64,000 bases of DNA, taken from assembly GCA_049325335.1 (NCBI GenBank), contig JBMOMC010000002.1, positions 256,001 to 320,000 of the forward strand, in the 5' to 3' direction. The notes beneath the pieces are model-generated. The model was not told the DNA's origin and searched no databases. It was given only the letters and a program-made list of their open reading frames with translations. The stretch comes from Nitrospirota bacterium (lineage in GTDB: Bacteria; Nitrospirota; Nitrospiria; 2-01-FULL-66-17). This document shows positions 9,154 through 18,037 of this stretch, in pieces (within the stretch, counting starts at the first letter, position 1; each line of letters opens with the position of its first letter). Position numbers and translations under genes: made by a program.

Positions 9154-9707
9154 AGGATCGAATCGACATCGTCTTCCTCGACCGCGATGGGACCCTCAAC
9201 CACGACGAAGGGTACATGTCCGACCCGAACCGACTCGTGTTGCTGCCGGGCGCGGCCGAAGCCGTCGCCGCGCTCAACGCCGCGGGCGTCAAGGCGGTGG
9301 TGATCACCAACCAGTCCGGGGTGGGACGCGGTTTGGTGACGCGCGAGGATTTGGAGCGGGTCCACGATCGCCTGGCCGCGTTGCTCGCCCGTCACGGGGC
9401 GCGACTGGACGGCATGTATTCGTGCCTTCATCGGCCCGACGAAGGGTGCGACTGCCGGAAACCGGGGACCGCCCTCGCCGTCCGGGCGGCGCGCGATCTC
9501 GGCGTGAACGCGGCGCGATCGGCCATGATCGGCGACAAATCCGTGGACATGGAATTGGGACGCCGGCTGGGAGGCCTCGCCGTCTTGGTTCGAAGCGGCG
9601 AGGGGACAAAGACCGAATCGGAATTATCGGCGAGCGCGCGGCCCGATTATATTGCGCGTGATGTCTATGACGCAGTACAATGGCTCGGTTTTGGAGCCCG
9701 TCCATGA
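9150..9707 (+). CDS. gmhB: D-glycero-D-manno-heptose 1,7-bisphosphate phosphatase (HAD-IIIA)
   Basis: FLDRDGTLN, TNQSGV, CLH..CDCRKP; GTGA overlap with the waaF stop. Confidence 0.9.
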   Translation: MKDRIDIVFLDRDGTLNHDEGYMSDPNRLVLLPGAAEAVAALNAAGVKAVVITNQSGVGRGLVTREDLERVHDRLAALLARHGARLDGMYSCLHRPDEGCDCRKPGTALAVRAARDLGVNAARSAMIGDKSVDMELGRRLGGLAVLVRSGEGTKTESELSASARPDYIARDVYDAVQWLGFGARP

Positions 9708-9818
9708 ACGGCCATCTACTGCGTTGCCGCTGCGCTTCCGGTGCTCAGGTACACAGAGAGTACGCTGCGCTCCGGTTCTCGCGGCGCCTTGTAGCTGGCA
9801 CGTTCCTGAACGGGCTCC
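9693..9818 (+). repeat. 126-bp palindromic interspersed element, copy 3
   Basis: Terminal GGAGCCCGT/ACGGGCTCC, then GAACG/CGTTC, GCCA/TGGC, CTAC/GTAG, GCCGC/GCGGC, CCGG/CCGG, GTAC/GTAC nested pairings. Confidence 0.85.
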
Positions 9819-9819
9819 G

Positions 9820-10935
9820 ATGACTCCGTCATCGGAAAATCAAGGAGGGTTTGACGGCGAACGTGTAGTTCTAGGCTCATCACCGCGGATTGCGCTGGTG
9901 AAGCTCGGCGCGCTCGGGGACGCGGTCAACGCGTTCCCGCTGGTGTCCGCCCTGAAGTCGGAGTGGCCGGGCGCACGGGTCACGTGGATCGTCGAGGCGC
10001 GATTGGCCGACCTGCCGCGGCTGCACCCGCGCGTGGACGAGGTGGTCACGGTCGACACCCGGGGCTGGCGGAGGGACTTGCGGCGAGGCCGGTTGGGTGC
10101 CGCGTGGTCCGGAGTACGTGACTTTGCGCGGTCCGTGGCCGGGCGGTTCGACGTGGCCGTGGACGCGCAGGGGTTGCTCAAGAGCGCGGCGGTCACCTGG
10201 TTGACGCGCGCGCCGATTCGTGTCGGGTTCTCGGCGGGAGACTGTCGCGAACGCGGCAACGCGTGGGCCATGACCCTCCACGCGGCGCCGGTCGGCGCGG
10301 TCCACGCGGTGACGAAAAATTCGGCGCTGCTCGCGGCGCTGAGAGTGCGGGGCGGCGCCCCGAGGTTTGACGTTCGTATTCCGGCGGCGGACGAGGCGTG
10401 GGCGTCGCCGTATTCGCCCGTGGTCACGATCCATCCGGGCGCTGGGCACCCGGGCAAGCGCTGGCCGTTGCAACGCTGGTTGGCGCTGAGCGAGCGCCTG
10501 TCCGCGAGCGGGCGCCGCGTGGTGATCGTGACCGGACCGGACGATCGGGCGACAGTGGACGAAGCGGTCGCGGCGATGGCGCGCGCGCCGGAGGTCGCAG
10601 CGCCTCCCACGGTCGGCGCGTTGGCCGCGTTGTTGCGGCGGACCGCGGTGGCGGTGGCCGGCGACACCGGACCGCTGCACCTGGCGGCCGCGCTCGGTCG
10701 CCGCACCGTGGGCGTGTACGGCCCGTCGGACCCGATGACCGCCGCGCCGTTCGGTGACGAGTCTCGGGTGATCAAACACGCCTGCGCGTGCGGGTGGCGG
10801 CCGGGGCCGTCGTTTAACCGGCGCTGCGCCGCGTCGTTCGCGTGTATGCGGGCGATCGAAGTTGATGAGGTGGCGGAGGCGGTGGCTGGCCAAATCGACG
10901 CCGCGCACGCGCAAGGCCCATCGGCCGTTGGTTAA
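9820..10935 (+). CDS. waaC: Lipopolysaccharide heptosyltransferase I-like (GT9)
   Basis: VKLGALGD, DAQGLLKSA, GDTGPLHLAAA; the longer N-terminus from 9652 is read-through of the repeat element. Confidence 0.75.
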   Translation: MTPSSENQGGFDGERVVLGSSPRIALVKLGALGDAVNAFPLVSALKSEWPGARVTWIVEARLADLPRLHPRVDEVVTVDTRGWRRDLRRGRLGAAWSGVRDFARSVAGRFDVAVDAQGLLKSAAVTWLTRAPIRVGFSAGDCRERGNAWAMTLHAAPVGAVHAVTKNSALLAALRVRGGAPRFDVRIPAADEAWASPYSPVVTIHPGAGHPGKRWPLQRWLALSERLSASGRRVVIVTGPDDRATVDEAVAAMARAPEVAAPPTVGALAALLRRTAVAVAGDTGPLHLAAALGRRTVGVYGPSDPMTAAPFGDESRVIKHACACGWRPGPSFNRRCAASFACMRAIEVDEVAEAVAGQIDAAHAQGPSAVG

Positions 10936-10949
10936 CCACGGAGGGTTTT

Positions 10950-11120
10950 ATGGCGATTGATCACGAACTGTTGGAGATTCTGGCGTGCCCGAAGTGCAAA
11001 GGCGCGATCCGTCTGACCGAGAAGGGGGACGGTTTGGCCTGCGACGCGTGTCGCCTTCTCTACCCGATTAAGGACGATATCCCGGTGATGTTGATCGATG
11101 AAGCGACCTCGTTACGCTGA
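10950..11120 (+). CDS. Trm112/YcaR family small protein (56 aa; below the ORF track cutoff)
   Basis: MAIDHELLEILACPKCKG..LACDACRLLYPIKDDIPVMLIDEA; SD ggaggg upstream. Confidence 0.92.
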   Translation: MAIDHELLEILACPKCKGAIRLTEKGDGLACDACRLLYPIKDDIPVMLIDEATSLR

Positions 11121-11183
11121 GCGCGGCGCGCCGTCCGGCCCGTTGACGCAGCGCGAGGTCCGAAGCGCGACGCGCCGGCCTGC

Positions 11184-11762
11184 GTGGACGTTGTCGTGAA
11201 GGGGTTGGTCAGGGGGGGCGCTTGGCTTCGGCAGTTCGTCAGCCACCATCGCATCGTGACCAGCGCGACGTTCGGGGCCCTGTTTCTGGGGTTGGCTGAT
11301 CCGTCCAGCCGATCGTTCCTGGTCGGCCTGCCGTTCGTGATTCTGGGGGAGCTGATGCGAACGTGGTCGTCCGGGCACATCCGGAAGGATCATGCGCTCG
11401 CCACCGACGGTCCGTACTCGCTCACGCGCAATCCCTTGTACTTCGGCAGCTTCGTGCTGGGGTTGGGGTTTGCGTTGATGGCGAACCGGTGGTCGGTGTT
11501 GTGTGGATTCGTGTTGCTCTTCGGACTGATCTATGACGCCACCATCGAGGACGAGGAACAAAAATTGCTGAAGCGGTTCGGCGAGGCCTTCGCCGGCTAC
11601 TGCCGTGAGGTGCCGAGATTTTTCCCCCGGATGTCGGGATGGCGGCGGGCGCCGTTTGAGTGGGGGTTAGTGCGCAAACACCGCGAGTTCCGGACGTGGG
11701 CCGCGATTGCCGGCGCGATGGTGGTGGTGGCGCTGAAGATGTGGTGGCTGGATCGGGGCTGA
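11184..11762 (+). CDS. Isoprenylcysteine carboxylmethyltransferase (ICMT/PEMT) family membrane methyltransferase
   Basis: Hydrophobic helices, GPYSLTRNPLYFG, EE..L..RFG..Y..EVPRF. Confidence 0.85.
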   Translation: MDVVVKGLVRGGAWLRQFVSHHRIVTSATFGALFLGLADPSSRSFLVGLPFVILGELMRTWSSGHIRKDHALATDGPYSLTRNPLYFGSFVLGLGFALMANRWSVLCGFVLLFGLIYDATIEDEEQKLLKRFGEAFAGYCREVPRFFPRMSGWRRAPFEWGLVRKHREFRTWAAIAGAMVVVALKMWWLDRG

Positions 11763-11965
11763 TTGCGGAGCGCTGTTCCACGCAATTGAGAGATCTGTTC
11801 AACGCGGCGACATCGAGAGGATGACGGACGACGTTCGAGTCGGTTTGCTAGTGACGGTGCGTCCAAGAGTTTCCGGGCCGTTCCGGTAGCGCCAGAATAT
11901 GTTCGCTCGTCCGCCATCCACCTCGCGGCCTATTCCGTACGACACCGTCTTCACCCATCACCCCG

Positions 11966-12667
11966 ATGATTGACTGGACCTCGATATCACACGATCCAAA
12001 CGACCCGATCGCCAAGGCGCGGGTGTTATTCGAACTGCGGCGAATCCAGCGGGTACACATCGACACTGACCTTGTGGGTTTTGTGGAGCGTGCGGCGTCT
12101 GGACGACGCGTACTCGATATCGGGATGGCCGACCCCTCGGGTTGTCTCAGCGAGTCGTGGCGTCATCCGCGATTTGCCAAGGCGGCGTCCTATTGTCTCG
12201 GCATCGACGTGTCCGTGGAGATCATCGACCGTGTGGCGCGGCAGGGCTTTAACGTGCGCGCGGTGGATGCGACGTCGGACGTCGATCTTGGCGAACGGTT
12301 CGATCTGGTGTTCAACGGCGATGTCATCGAACATGTTGAAAGCCCGATCCGGCTGATGCGCTTTGCCGCGCGCCATCTGACGCCGGGCGGACGCATTCTG
12401 GTGTCGACTCCCAATCCCTTCAGCCGCAAGTTCTACCGCAGGTTTCGACGCGACAACGCGATGATCGTCAATCTGGATCACGTGGCGTGGTTCACCCCGA
12501 CGATGGCGATGGAAATCGCCCGGCGCAGCGGTCTGCACCTGGAACACGTCCACCTGGTCAAGCCGTTGAGCGGATTCAAACGGATGGTCAAGCCGCTGAC
12601 ATGGGTGTTTGAACCCGTTGAGTACAGCTTTCACGATTTCCTGTATGAATTCACGCGGTCGCCATGA
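11966..12667 (+). CDS. Class I SAM-dependent methyltransferase
   Basis: VLDIG motif I, GIDV, GDVIEHV, L.PGG.ILVSTPN. Confidence 0.8.
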   Translation: MIDWTSISHDPNDPIAKARVLFELRRIQRVHIDTDLVGFVERAASGRRVLDIGMADPSGCLSESWRHPRFAKAASYCLGIDVSVEIIDRVARQGFNVRAVDATSDVDLGERFDLVFNGDVIEHVESPIRLMRFAARHLTPGGRILVSTPNPFSRKFYRRFRRDNAMIVNLDHVAWFTPTMAMEIARRSGLHLEHVHLVKPLSGFKRMVKPLTWVFEPVEYSFHDFLYEFTRSP

Positions 12668-13752
12668 GAATGTTGTTCGTGGTGAGCAATCTGCAGGGCG
12701 GCGGCGCCGAGAAAGCGATGGTCAAGCTGGCGGAGGGCCTTGCAGCGCGGGGACATGAGGTCCATTTTCTGGTTTTGGAGGAGTCCGGCGATTATCCGCC
12801 GCCCCGCGGCGTTCAGTGGCAGACGTTGACCCATCCGCCTCGACGCATGTCGACCGGCTGGCTGGGCAAGCGAGTCTTGGCGTTGCGTCTGCGTGCATGG
12901 TTTCGGCGCGTGACGTCGGCGGGACCGTTCGACTTCGCCATGTCGACGTTGCCGTTCGCCGATGAAGTGGTCCGCTTGGCTCGGTTGTCGGGCTTCTGGT
13001 TCCGGATCTCCAACACGCTGTCGGTGGAGGTTGAACAACTGGCGCACAACCGTCCGCGAAAAGCCGCCCGCCGATTGGCCCGCTATCGGCGGATCTACGA
13101 CGGGCAGCAACTGATCGCGGTCTCGCAGGGAGTGGCCCGCGATCTCGGCGACACACTCGGTTTACGGAAAGCCCGCATCGTCACGGTGTACAGTCCGTTC
13201 GACTTCGACGCCATACGCCGTCTGGCAGACGCCCCGGAGCCCGATTTACCCACGCAACCCTATCTTCTCCATGTCGGACGGTTCGCCAAGCAGAAACGGC
13301 ATGATCTTCTGCTCGATGCGTTTGTTGCGGCGAACCTGCCGCATCGACTGGTGTTATTAGTCCCCCCCGTCCCGACCCTGACCGCGATGATCGCCGCGCG
13401 CGGCCTAACCGGGCGGGTAACCGTTGCCGGGTTCCGACCCAATCCGTATCCCTGGTTGGCACACGCCTCCGCGCTCGTGCTCTGCTCGGATTACGAGGGC
13501 ATGCCGAACGTGCTGGTCGAGGCGCTCGCCTGCGGGACTCCGGTGGTGAGCACGGATTGTCCGTCCGGCCCGCGCGAAATCCTCACGGGGCCCCTGCAGC
13601 GCTATCTCGTGCCCCGGGGTGATATCGGCGCGCTCGCCCGCATGTTGCGCGAGGTGATCGACGCGCCGCCCGTGGTGGATCTCCGCGTGCTCGCGCCGTT
13701 CTCCCAGGGCGCGGCGCTCGACGCCATCGAGTCCCTCGCCGCAACTGGATAG
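12664..13752 (+). CDS. Glycosyltransferase family 4
   Basis: GGGAEK, VGRF..QK, SDYEGMPNVLVEA, TDCPSGPREI. Confidence 0.9.
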   Translation: MRMLFVVSNLQGGGAEKAMVKLAEGLAARGHEVHFLVLEESGDYPPPRGVQWQTLTHPPRRMSTGWLGKRVLALRLRAWFRRVTSAGPFDFAMSTLPFADEVVRLARLSGFWFRISNTLSVEVEQLAHNRPRKAARRLARYRRIYDGQQLIAVSQGVARDLGDTLGLRKARIVTVYSPFDFDAIRRLADAPEPDLPTQPYLLHVGRFAKQKRHDLLLDAFVAANLPHRLVLLVPPVPTLTAMIAARGLTGRVTVAGFRPNPYPWLAHASALVLCSDYEGMPNVLVEALACGTPVVSTDCPSGPREILTGPLQRYLVPRGDIGALARMLREVIDAPPVVDLRVLAPFSQGAALDAIESLAATG

Positions 13753-13759
13753 GCTGGCC

Positions 13760-15613
13760 GTGTGCGGCATTCTCGGGTTTGTCGAGTTCGATGCGGGCGG
13801 CGCCGAGCAGTCCGCGCTGGACGCTCTCAACAGCCGCGGCCCCGATGGCCGCGAGCTGATGGAGGTGGCGCCGGGCGTGCGGTTTGGCCATGCGCGACTC
13901 GCCGTCATCGACGTGGAGGGCGGGCGCCAGCCCATGACGAGCGCGGATGGACGCTACACGGTGGTCTACAATGGCGAGATCTACAATTTTCGCGAACTCC
14001 GCGACGAGCTCGCGGCTGGTGGGAGTTCCTTCTTGACGCATTCCGACACCGAGGTATTGCTCAACGGGTACGGCCGTTGGGGTACCGCGTTGCCCCAACG
14101 CCTCGACGGCATGTTCGCCTTCGCGCTGTGGGACCGCCGAGAGAAGACGCTGTTTTGCGCGCGGGACAGGATCGGCGTCAAGCCGTTTTTTTACGCGGCC
14201 GGCCCCGCAGTGGGCCGCGGATTGGTTTTCGCCTCCACGCTCGCGCCGTTTATGGCGCTGCCGACGCTGCCCCGTCCGATCGATTATGAGGCGCTGCGCG
14301 ACTATCTCGCGATGCAGACGGTGTCAGCCCCGCGGTCCCTCGTCAAAACGGTGAGGCAACTCCCGCCGGCACACTGGCTGCTGTGGCGAAAACAGGCGGA
14401 GCCCGTGATTGAAGCGTACTGGTCCATTCCGGGCCCGAATCGGGCCGGCGCCGCCACGCGGACGGAGTTCATTGAGGCGGCGGACGCGGCGCTCGCCGAG
14501 AGCGTTCGGCGTCAACTGATCGCCGACGTGCCGATCGGCGCGTTTCTTTCGGGCGGAATCGACAGCAGCCTGGTCGTGCACTATATGTCCGCGGCTGGCG
14601 CCAAGCCCGTTCGCACCTTTTCCGTGCGATTTGCCGCCGCGTCGGTCGACGAATCAGCCGTCGCGCTCGACGTCGCGCGGCAGTATGGAAGCGAGCATAC
14701 CGTGTTCGATGCGGAAGATCTGTCGGGCGACGCGTGGCGTACCCTCATCGACACCCAGGATCAGCCGCTTGCGGATCCGGCGTTCGTTCCGCTTGCGGCG
14801 TTGTCTCGGTTGACGCGCCAATCCGTCACGGTGGCGCTATCGGGTGACGGTGGTGATGAACTCTTCGGCGGTTACGCGCGGTTTTTCGACACCGAGGGTC
14901 GCCACCCGGCGAAATGTTGGCAGCCGTGGCTGGCGGCATTGATCCGTCGGGGACTGGCGCCGCCGGCCCTGACGCGCCGGGCGTTGTCGGGTCGTGCCCT
15001 GATTGATTACCAGAAGGTCGAACTGGGTCCGTATCCGGGGACGCGCAAGGATTTCGCGGCCTATTTGCGGCCCGAGGCGCTTGCGGCCACCCGGCCCGAT
15101 CGGGTGTTGGATCAGTGGCACGCGCTGCTTGAGCAGTTCGGCGGACAAGCCGACACTGATGCCATGATGCGGGCCGACCTGTGGACGTATCTGAGCGACA
15201 ACTGTCTGATGAAGACGGACCGCGCGGCCATGGCCTTCGGGCTTGAGGGCCGCGTGCCGCTGCTCGGCAACCCCGTGCTCGACCTCGTGTTGCCGCAACC
15301 GGCATCGATCCATTTCGACCACGCGCCTAAGGCGGTCTTGAGGGCGCTCGCCCAACGCTATTTGCCGAGGTCGGTATGGGACCGTCCCAAACAGGGGTTC
15401 ACGGTGCCGCTTGATCGGTATTTCCATGGAGCGTGGAAAGCCGTGGGCGACGAGCTGGTGTCCCGTAGCCGTGAACTGGCGCCTTGGTTGCGGGAGGAAG
15501 CCATTCGGTCGCTTTGGGGGCAGGCGCGCCATCGCGGGTCACGGCGATTGATGTACACATTTCTGGTTCTGCTCGCATGGCTGGACCGACATCATCGAAA
15601 CATCACGATCTGA
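13760..15613 (+). CDS. asnB: Asparagine synthase (glutamine-hydrolysing) family amidotransferase, probably glycan-amidating
   Basis: MCGI N-terminus, NGEIYN, LSGGIDSS, SGDGGDELFGGY. Confidence 0.88.
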   Translation: MCGILGFVEFDAGGAEQSALDALNSRGPDGRELMEVAPGVRFGHARLAVIDVEGGRQPMTSADGRYTVVYNGEIYNFRELRDELAAGGSSFLTHSDTEVLLNGYGRWGTALPQRLDGMFAFALWDRREKTLFCARDRIGVKPFFYAAGPAVGRGLVFASTLAPFMALPTLPRPIDYEALRDYLAMQTVSAPRSLVKTVRQLPPAHWLLWRKQAEPVIEAYWSIPGPNRAGAATRTEFIEAADAALAESVRRQLIADVPIGAFLSGGIDSSLVVHYMSAAGAKPVRTFSVRFAAASVDESAVALDVARQYGSEHTVFDAEDLSGDAWRTLIDTQDQPLADPAFVPLAALSRLTRQSVTVALSGDGGDELFGGYARFFDTEGRHPAKCWQPWLAALIRRGLAPPALTRRALSGRALIDYQKVELGPYPGTRKDFAAYLRPEALAATRPDRVLDQWHALLEQFGGQADTDAMMRADLWTYLSDNCLMKTDRAAMAFGLEGRVPLLGNPVLDLVLPQPASIHFDHAPKAVLRALAQRYLPRSVWDRPKQGFTVPLDRYFHGAWKAVGDELVSRSRELAPWLREEAIRSLWGQARHRGSRRLMYTFLVLLAWLDRHHRNITI

Positions 15614-15646
15614 TGGCGGCGGGCTCACCGCGTGCCGAGGCCGTTG

Positions 15647-15676
15647 TTGCGGACCTTTGCGCTCGTACGCTATAGT
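15647..15676 (+). promoter_or_regulatory. Candidate sigma70 promoter TTGCGG-N18-TATAGT
   Basis: Near-consensus -10 in the intergenic gap before 15751. Confidence 0.35.
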
Positions 15677-15750
15677 AAACCACCGGTTTTTGGGGGGCTG
15701 AGAGGACGCGTGCGAGGGATCGCCGGCTGGCGGCATATCGGGGTCTCAGG

Positions 15751-17100
15751 GTGAGGCGATTTTGCGTCGCTACGTGTGAACTGGCGGTGGTTGCGGTCGC
15801 GGTGGTCTTGGCGGGTTGTGCACTTCAGGGCTCCCAGGTCCGGCGGTCGCCTGCTCCGGACGTGTCGCTCCCCTTGGCGTTCGATTCTACGCACGCGCTG
15901 TCGGACAAAGCTGCGTGGTTCGAGGCCAAGATTCTCCGTCAGCATCTGACCCCGGAGGGGCTGCTGGCGTACCGGATCGACCCCGCCCGCGAAGCGCTCA
16001 CACCGACGGCCATCGTGGATATGGCCATATGGTCGGGCGTCTACCTTGCCGCGGAGTCGTTTCGGTATCAAGCCGAGCGATCCCCTGAGGCGCACGCTCG
16101 GATGAGTGCGTTGGTCGACGGGATCGCGGCCCTGGAATCCATCGCGGGCGAACGCGGCGTGCTGGCGCGGGCGATCATCCCGCGAAACACGGGTTTGTCG
16201 TTCGAGGGCAAGGAGTGGCATCCGTCGTCCGCGAACCCTGATGCGATGTGGATGAGCAACGCGAGCGTGGATCAACTCGATGGGATCATGTTCGGCGCCG
16301 GGGTCGCGTTCGACGCGCTGGAGGACGGGGAGGCGCGGCGGCGGCTGGTTGCCGCGATCGAGGGGATCGTCGGCGGAATGGTCGAACACGACATGACGCT
16401 CCGGGATGTCGGGGGAACACGCACCAAACACGGAGATCTGACGTGCGGAATGTTGACCGAGAACCTCAACTGCCTCATTGCACTGTCGGCGGTGAAGGTC
16501 GCGCATCACGTGACCGGGAGCGAGCGGTTCGCGGAGGCGTACCGAACGTTGGTTCGGCGCGGGTATCCCGAACATGCGGTCGCGGCGCGGGATCGGTGGT
16601 GGGAAGGGTTGACCGGGGTGAATCATTCTGACAATAATCTGGCGTTTCTGGCCTACTACAATCTCATCCGGTACGAAACCGATCCGCGACTCTCCGCGCT
16701 CTATCAACAGAGCTTGCGCCGTGCGTGGTCGGTGGTGCGGCGGGAGAAGAACCCGTTGTTCACCTTCGTCTACCACGCGGTGACGCCTCGCTCGGAGTGG
16801 GACGCCGCGGCGCTGGAGGACGCGAAAGACACGCTGTTGCGATTCCCGACCATGGAGAGTCGGTACGATCCCGAGGTGTTGGCGCGGGGGTGCGTGTCGC
16901 CGCGGTTGGATCGCTTGAATCGCCGCCAGGCGTGCGAGCCGCTGCCTATGGATGAACGGCCGCAGGTCGCGGTCGAGTGGAACCAGAATCCCTCCCGGAT
17001 CGAGCGCGGCACGCGCGATCGCGCGGCGTACAGCGGGTTCGATTATCTCGTGGCCTATTGGTTGGGCCGTGCGCACGGGTTTATCCCCGCGGCGGCGTGA
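15751..17100 (+). CDS. Uncharacterised lipoprotein, predicted helical (possibly alpha/alpha-barrel) enzyme
   Basis: Signal peptide with lipobox LAGC; 449-aa ORF with host-like codon usage; no family recognised. Confidence 0.7.
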   Translation: MRRFCVATCELAVVAVAVVLAGCALQGSQVRRSPAPDVSLPLAFDSTHALSDKAAWFEAKILRQHLTPEGLLAYRIDPAREALTPTAIVDMAIWSGVYLAAESFRYQAERSPEAHARMSALVDGIAALESIAGERGVLARAIIPRNTGLSFEGKEWHPSSANPDAMWMSNASVDQLDGIMFGAGVAFDALEDGEARRRLVAAIEGIVGGMVEHDMTLRDVGGTRTKHGDLTCGMLTENLNCLIALSAVKVAHHVTGSERFAEAYRTLVRRGYPEHAVAARDRWWEGLTGVNHSDNNLAFLAYYNLIRYETDPRLSALYQQSLRRAWSVVRREKNPLFTFVYHAVTPRSEWDAAALEDAKDTLLRFPTMESRYDPEVLARGCVSPRLDRLNRRQACEPLPMDERPQVAVEWNQNPSRIERGTRDRAAYSGFDYLVAYWLGRAHGFIPAAA

Positions 17101-17115
17101 GGGATTGAAGCGCGC

Positions 17116-18030
17116 ATGGGCGGGATGAAGCTCTCAGGATTCACGTTTGTCCGCAACGCGGTGCTGCTGGACTATCCGGTGGTCGAAAGCATCTTGTCGA
17201 TCCTGCCGATCGTGGACGAATTTATCGTGAACGTCGGGCCGAGTGAGGACGGGACGCTGGACCTGATTCGGGCGATCGGCCACCCCAAGGTCAAGATCAT
17301 TCAAAGCCAGTGGAATCCGAATATCGTTTCCGGTGGGTATATCTGCGCGCAACAAACCAACATCGCATTGTTCAACTGCATGGGTAAGTGGGCGTTTTAC
17401 CTCCAGCCGGACGAAGTGGTGCACGAGGATGATCACCCTCACATCATGGAATCCGTCGACCGATACATCGACGACGACCGCGTGGAGGGGTTGACCCTCC
17501 GCGAGTTGAACTTTTGGGGCGATTGCCGGACGATCATGCGCGTGTACCCACAGTGGATGCGGCGCCGGGTGTGGATTGTCAAACCGCATCGGTTCACGCT
17601 CTCGCGCGGCGACGCCGCGGGGTTCACTGTGCACCCCAAATATAAGGAGCGTGGCCGTCGGATTCGGGTGACGGATACCCGCGCGCGGTTGTTTCACGTC
17701 GGCGGCGTGAAGTCCGACGAGGCCCTGCGCTATAAGTGCCGCGCGTTTTCTGCGGTGTTTCAAGGCGACCGCTCCGGCGCCTATGAGTGGGAGGATTCCT
17801 ACTATTACCAGAAAGCGCCGCGGCAGTTCGTGGCGCGGTTCGAAGGGACCTGCCCCAAGGTCTTGGAGGGGTGGATCCGGAAACACCAGCGGACCATTGA
17901 TTTGGAGTCGCCGCAGTGGCGCACGACTCTGACCTGGAAGGAGCGGTGGCGGCTGGCGCGCACGTTCTGGAGCCAACGCGTGACGGATCGGTATCCGAGC
18001 CGGAGCAGCTACCGGTTGTTGCGGGAGTAG
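17116..18030 (+). CDS. Glycosyltransferase family 2-like
   Basis: KLSGFTFVRNA..DYP..ESI.SILP, SEDGT, WAFYLQPDE. Confidence 0.82.
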   Translation: MGGMKLSGFTFVRNAVLLDYPVVESILSILPIVDEFIVNVGPSEDGTLDLIRAIGHPKVKIIQSQWNPNIVSGGYICAQQTNIALFNCMGKWAFYLQPDEVVHEDDHPHIMESVDRYIDDDRVEGLTLRELNFWGDCRTIMRVYPQWMRRRVWIVKPHRFTLSRGDAAGFTVHPKYKERGRRIRVTDTRARLFHVGGVKSDEALRYKCRAFSAVFQGDRSGAYEWEDSYYYQKAPRQFVARFEGTCPKVLEGWIRKHQRTIDLESPQWRTTLTWKERWRLARTFWSQRVTDRYPSRSSYRLLRE

Positions 18031-18037
18031 CGGGGGG

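Noticed and set aside
9652..9819. Long N-terminal extension of waaC in the ORF track
   Set aside because: Corresponds to the gmhB end and the 126-bp element, not GT9 sequence
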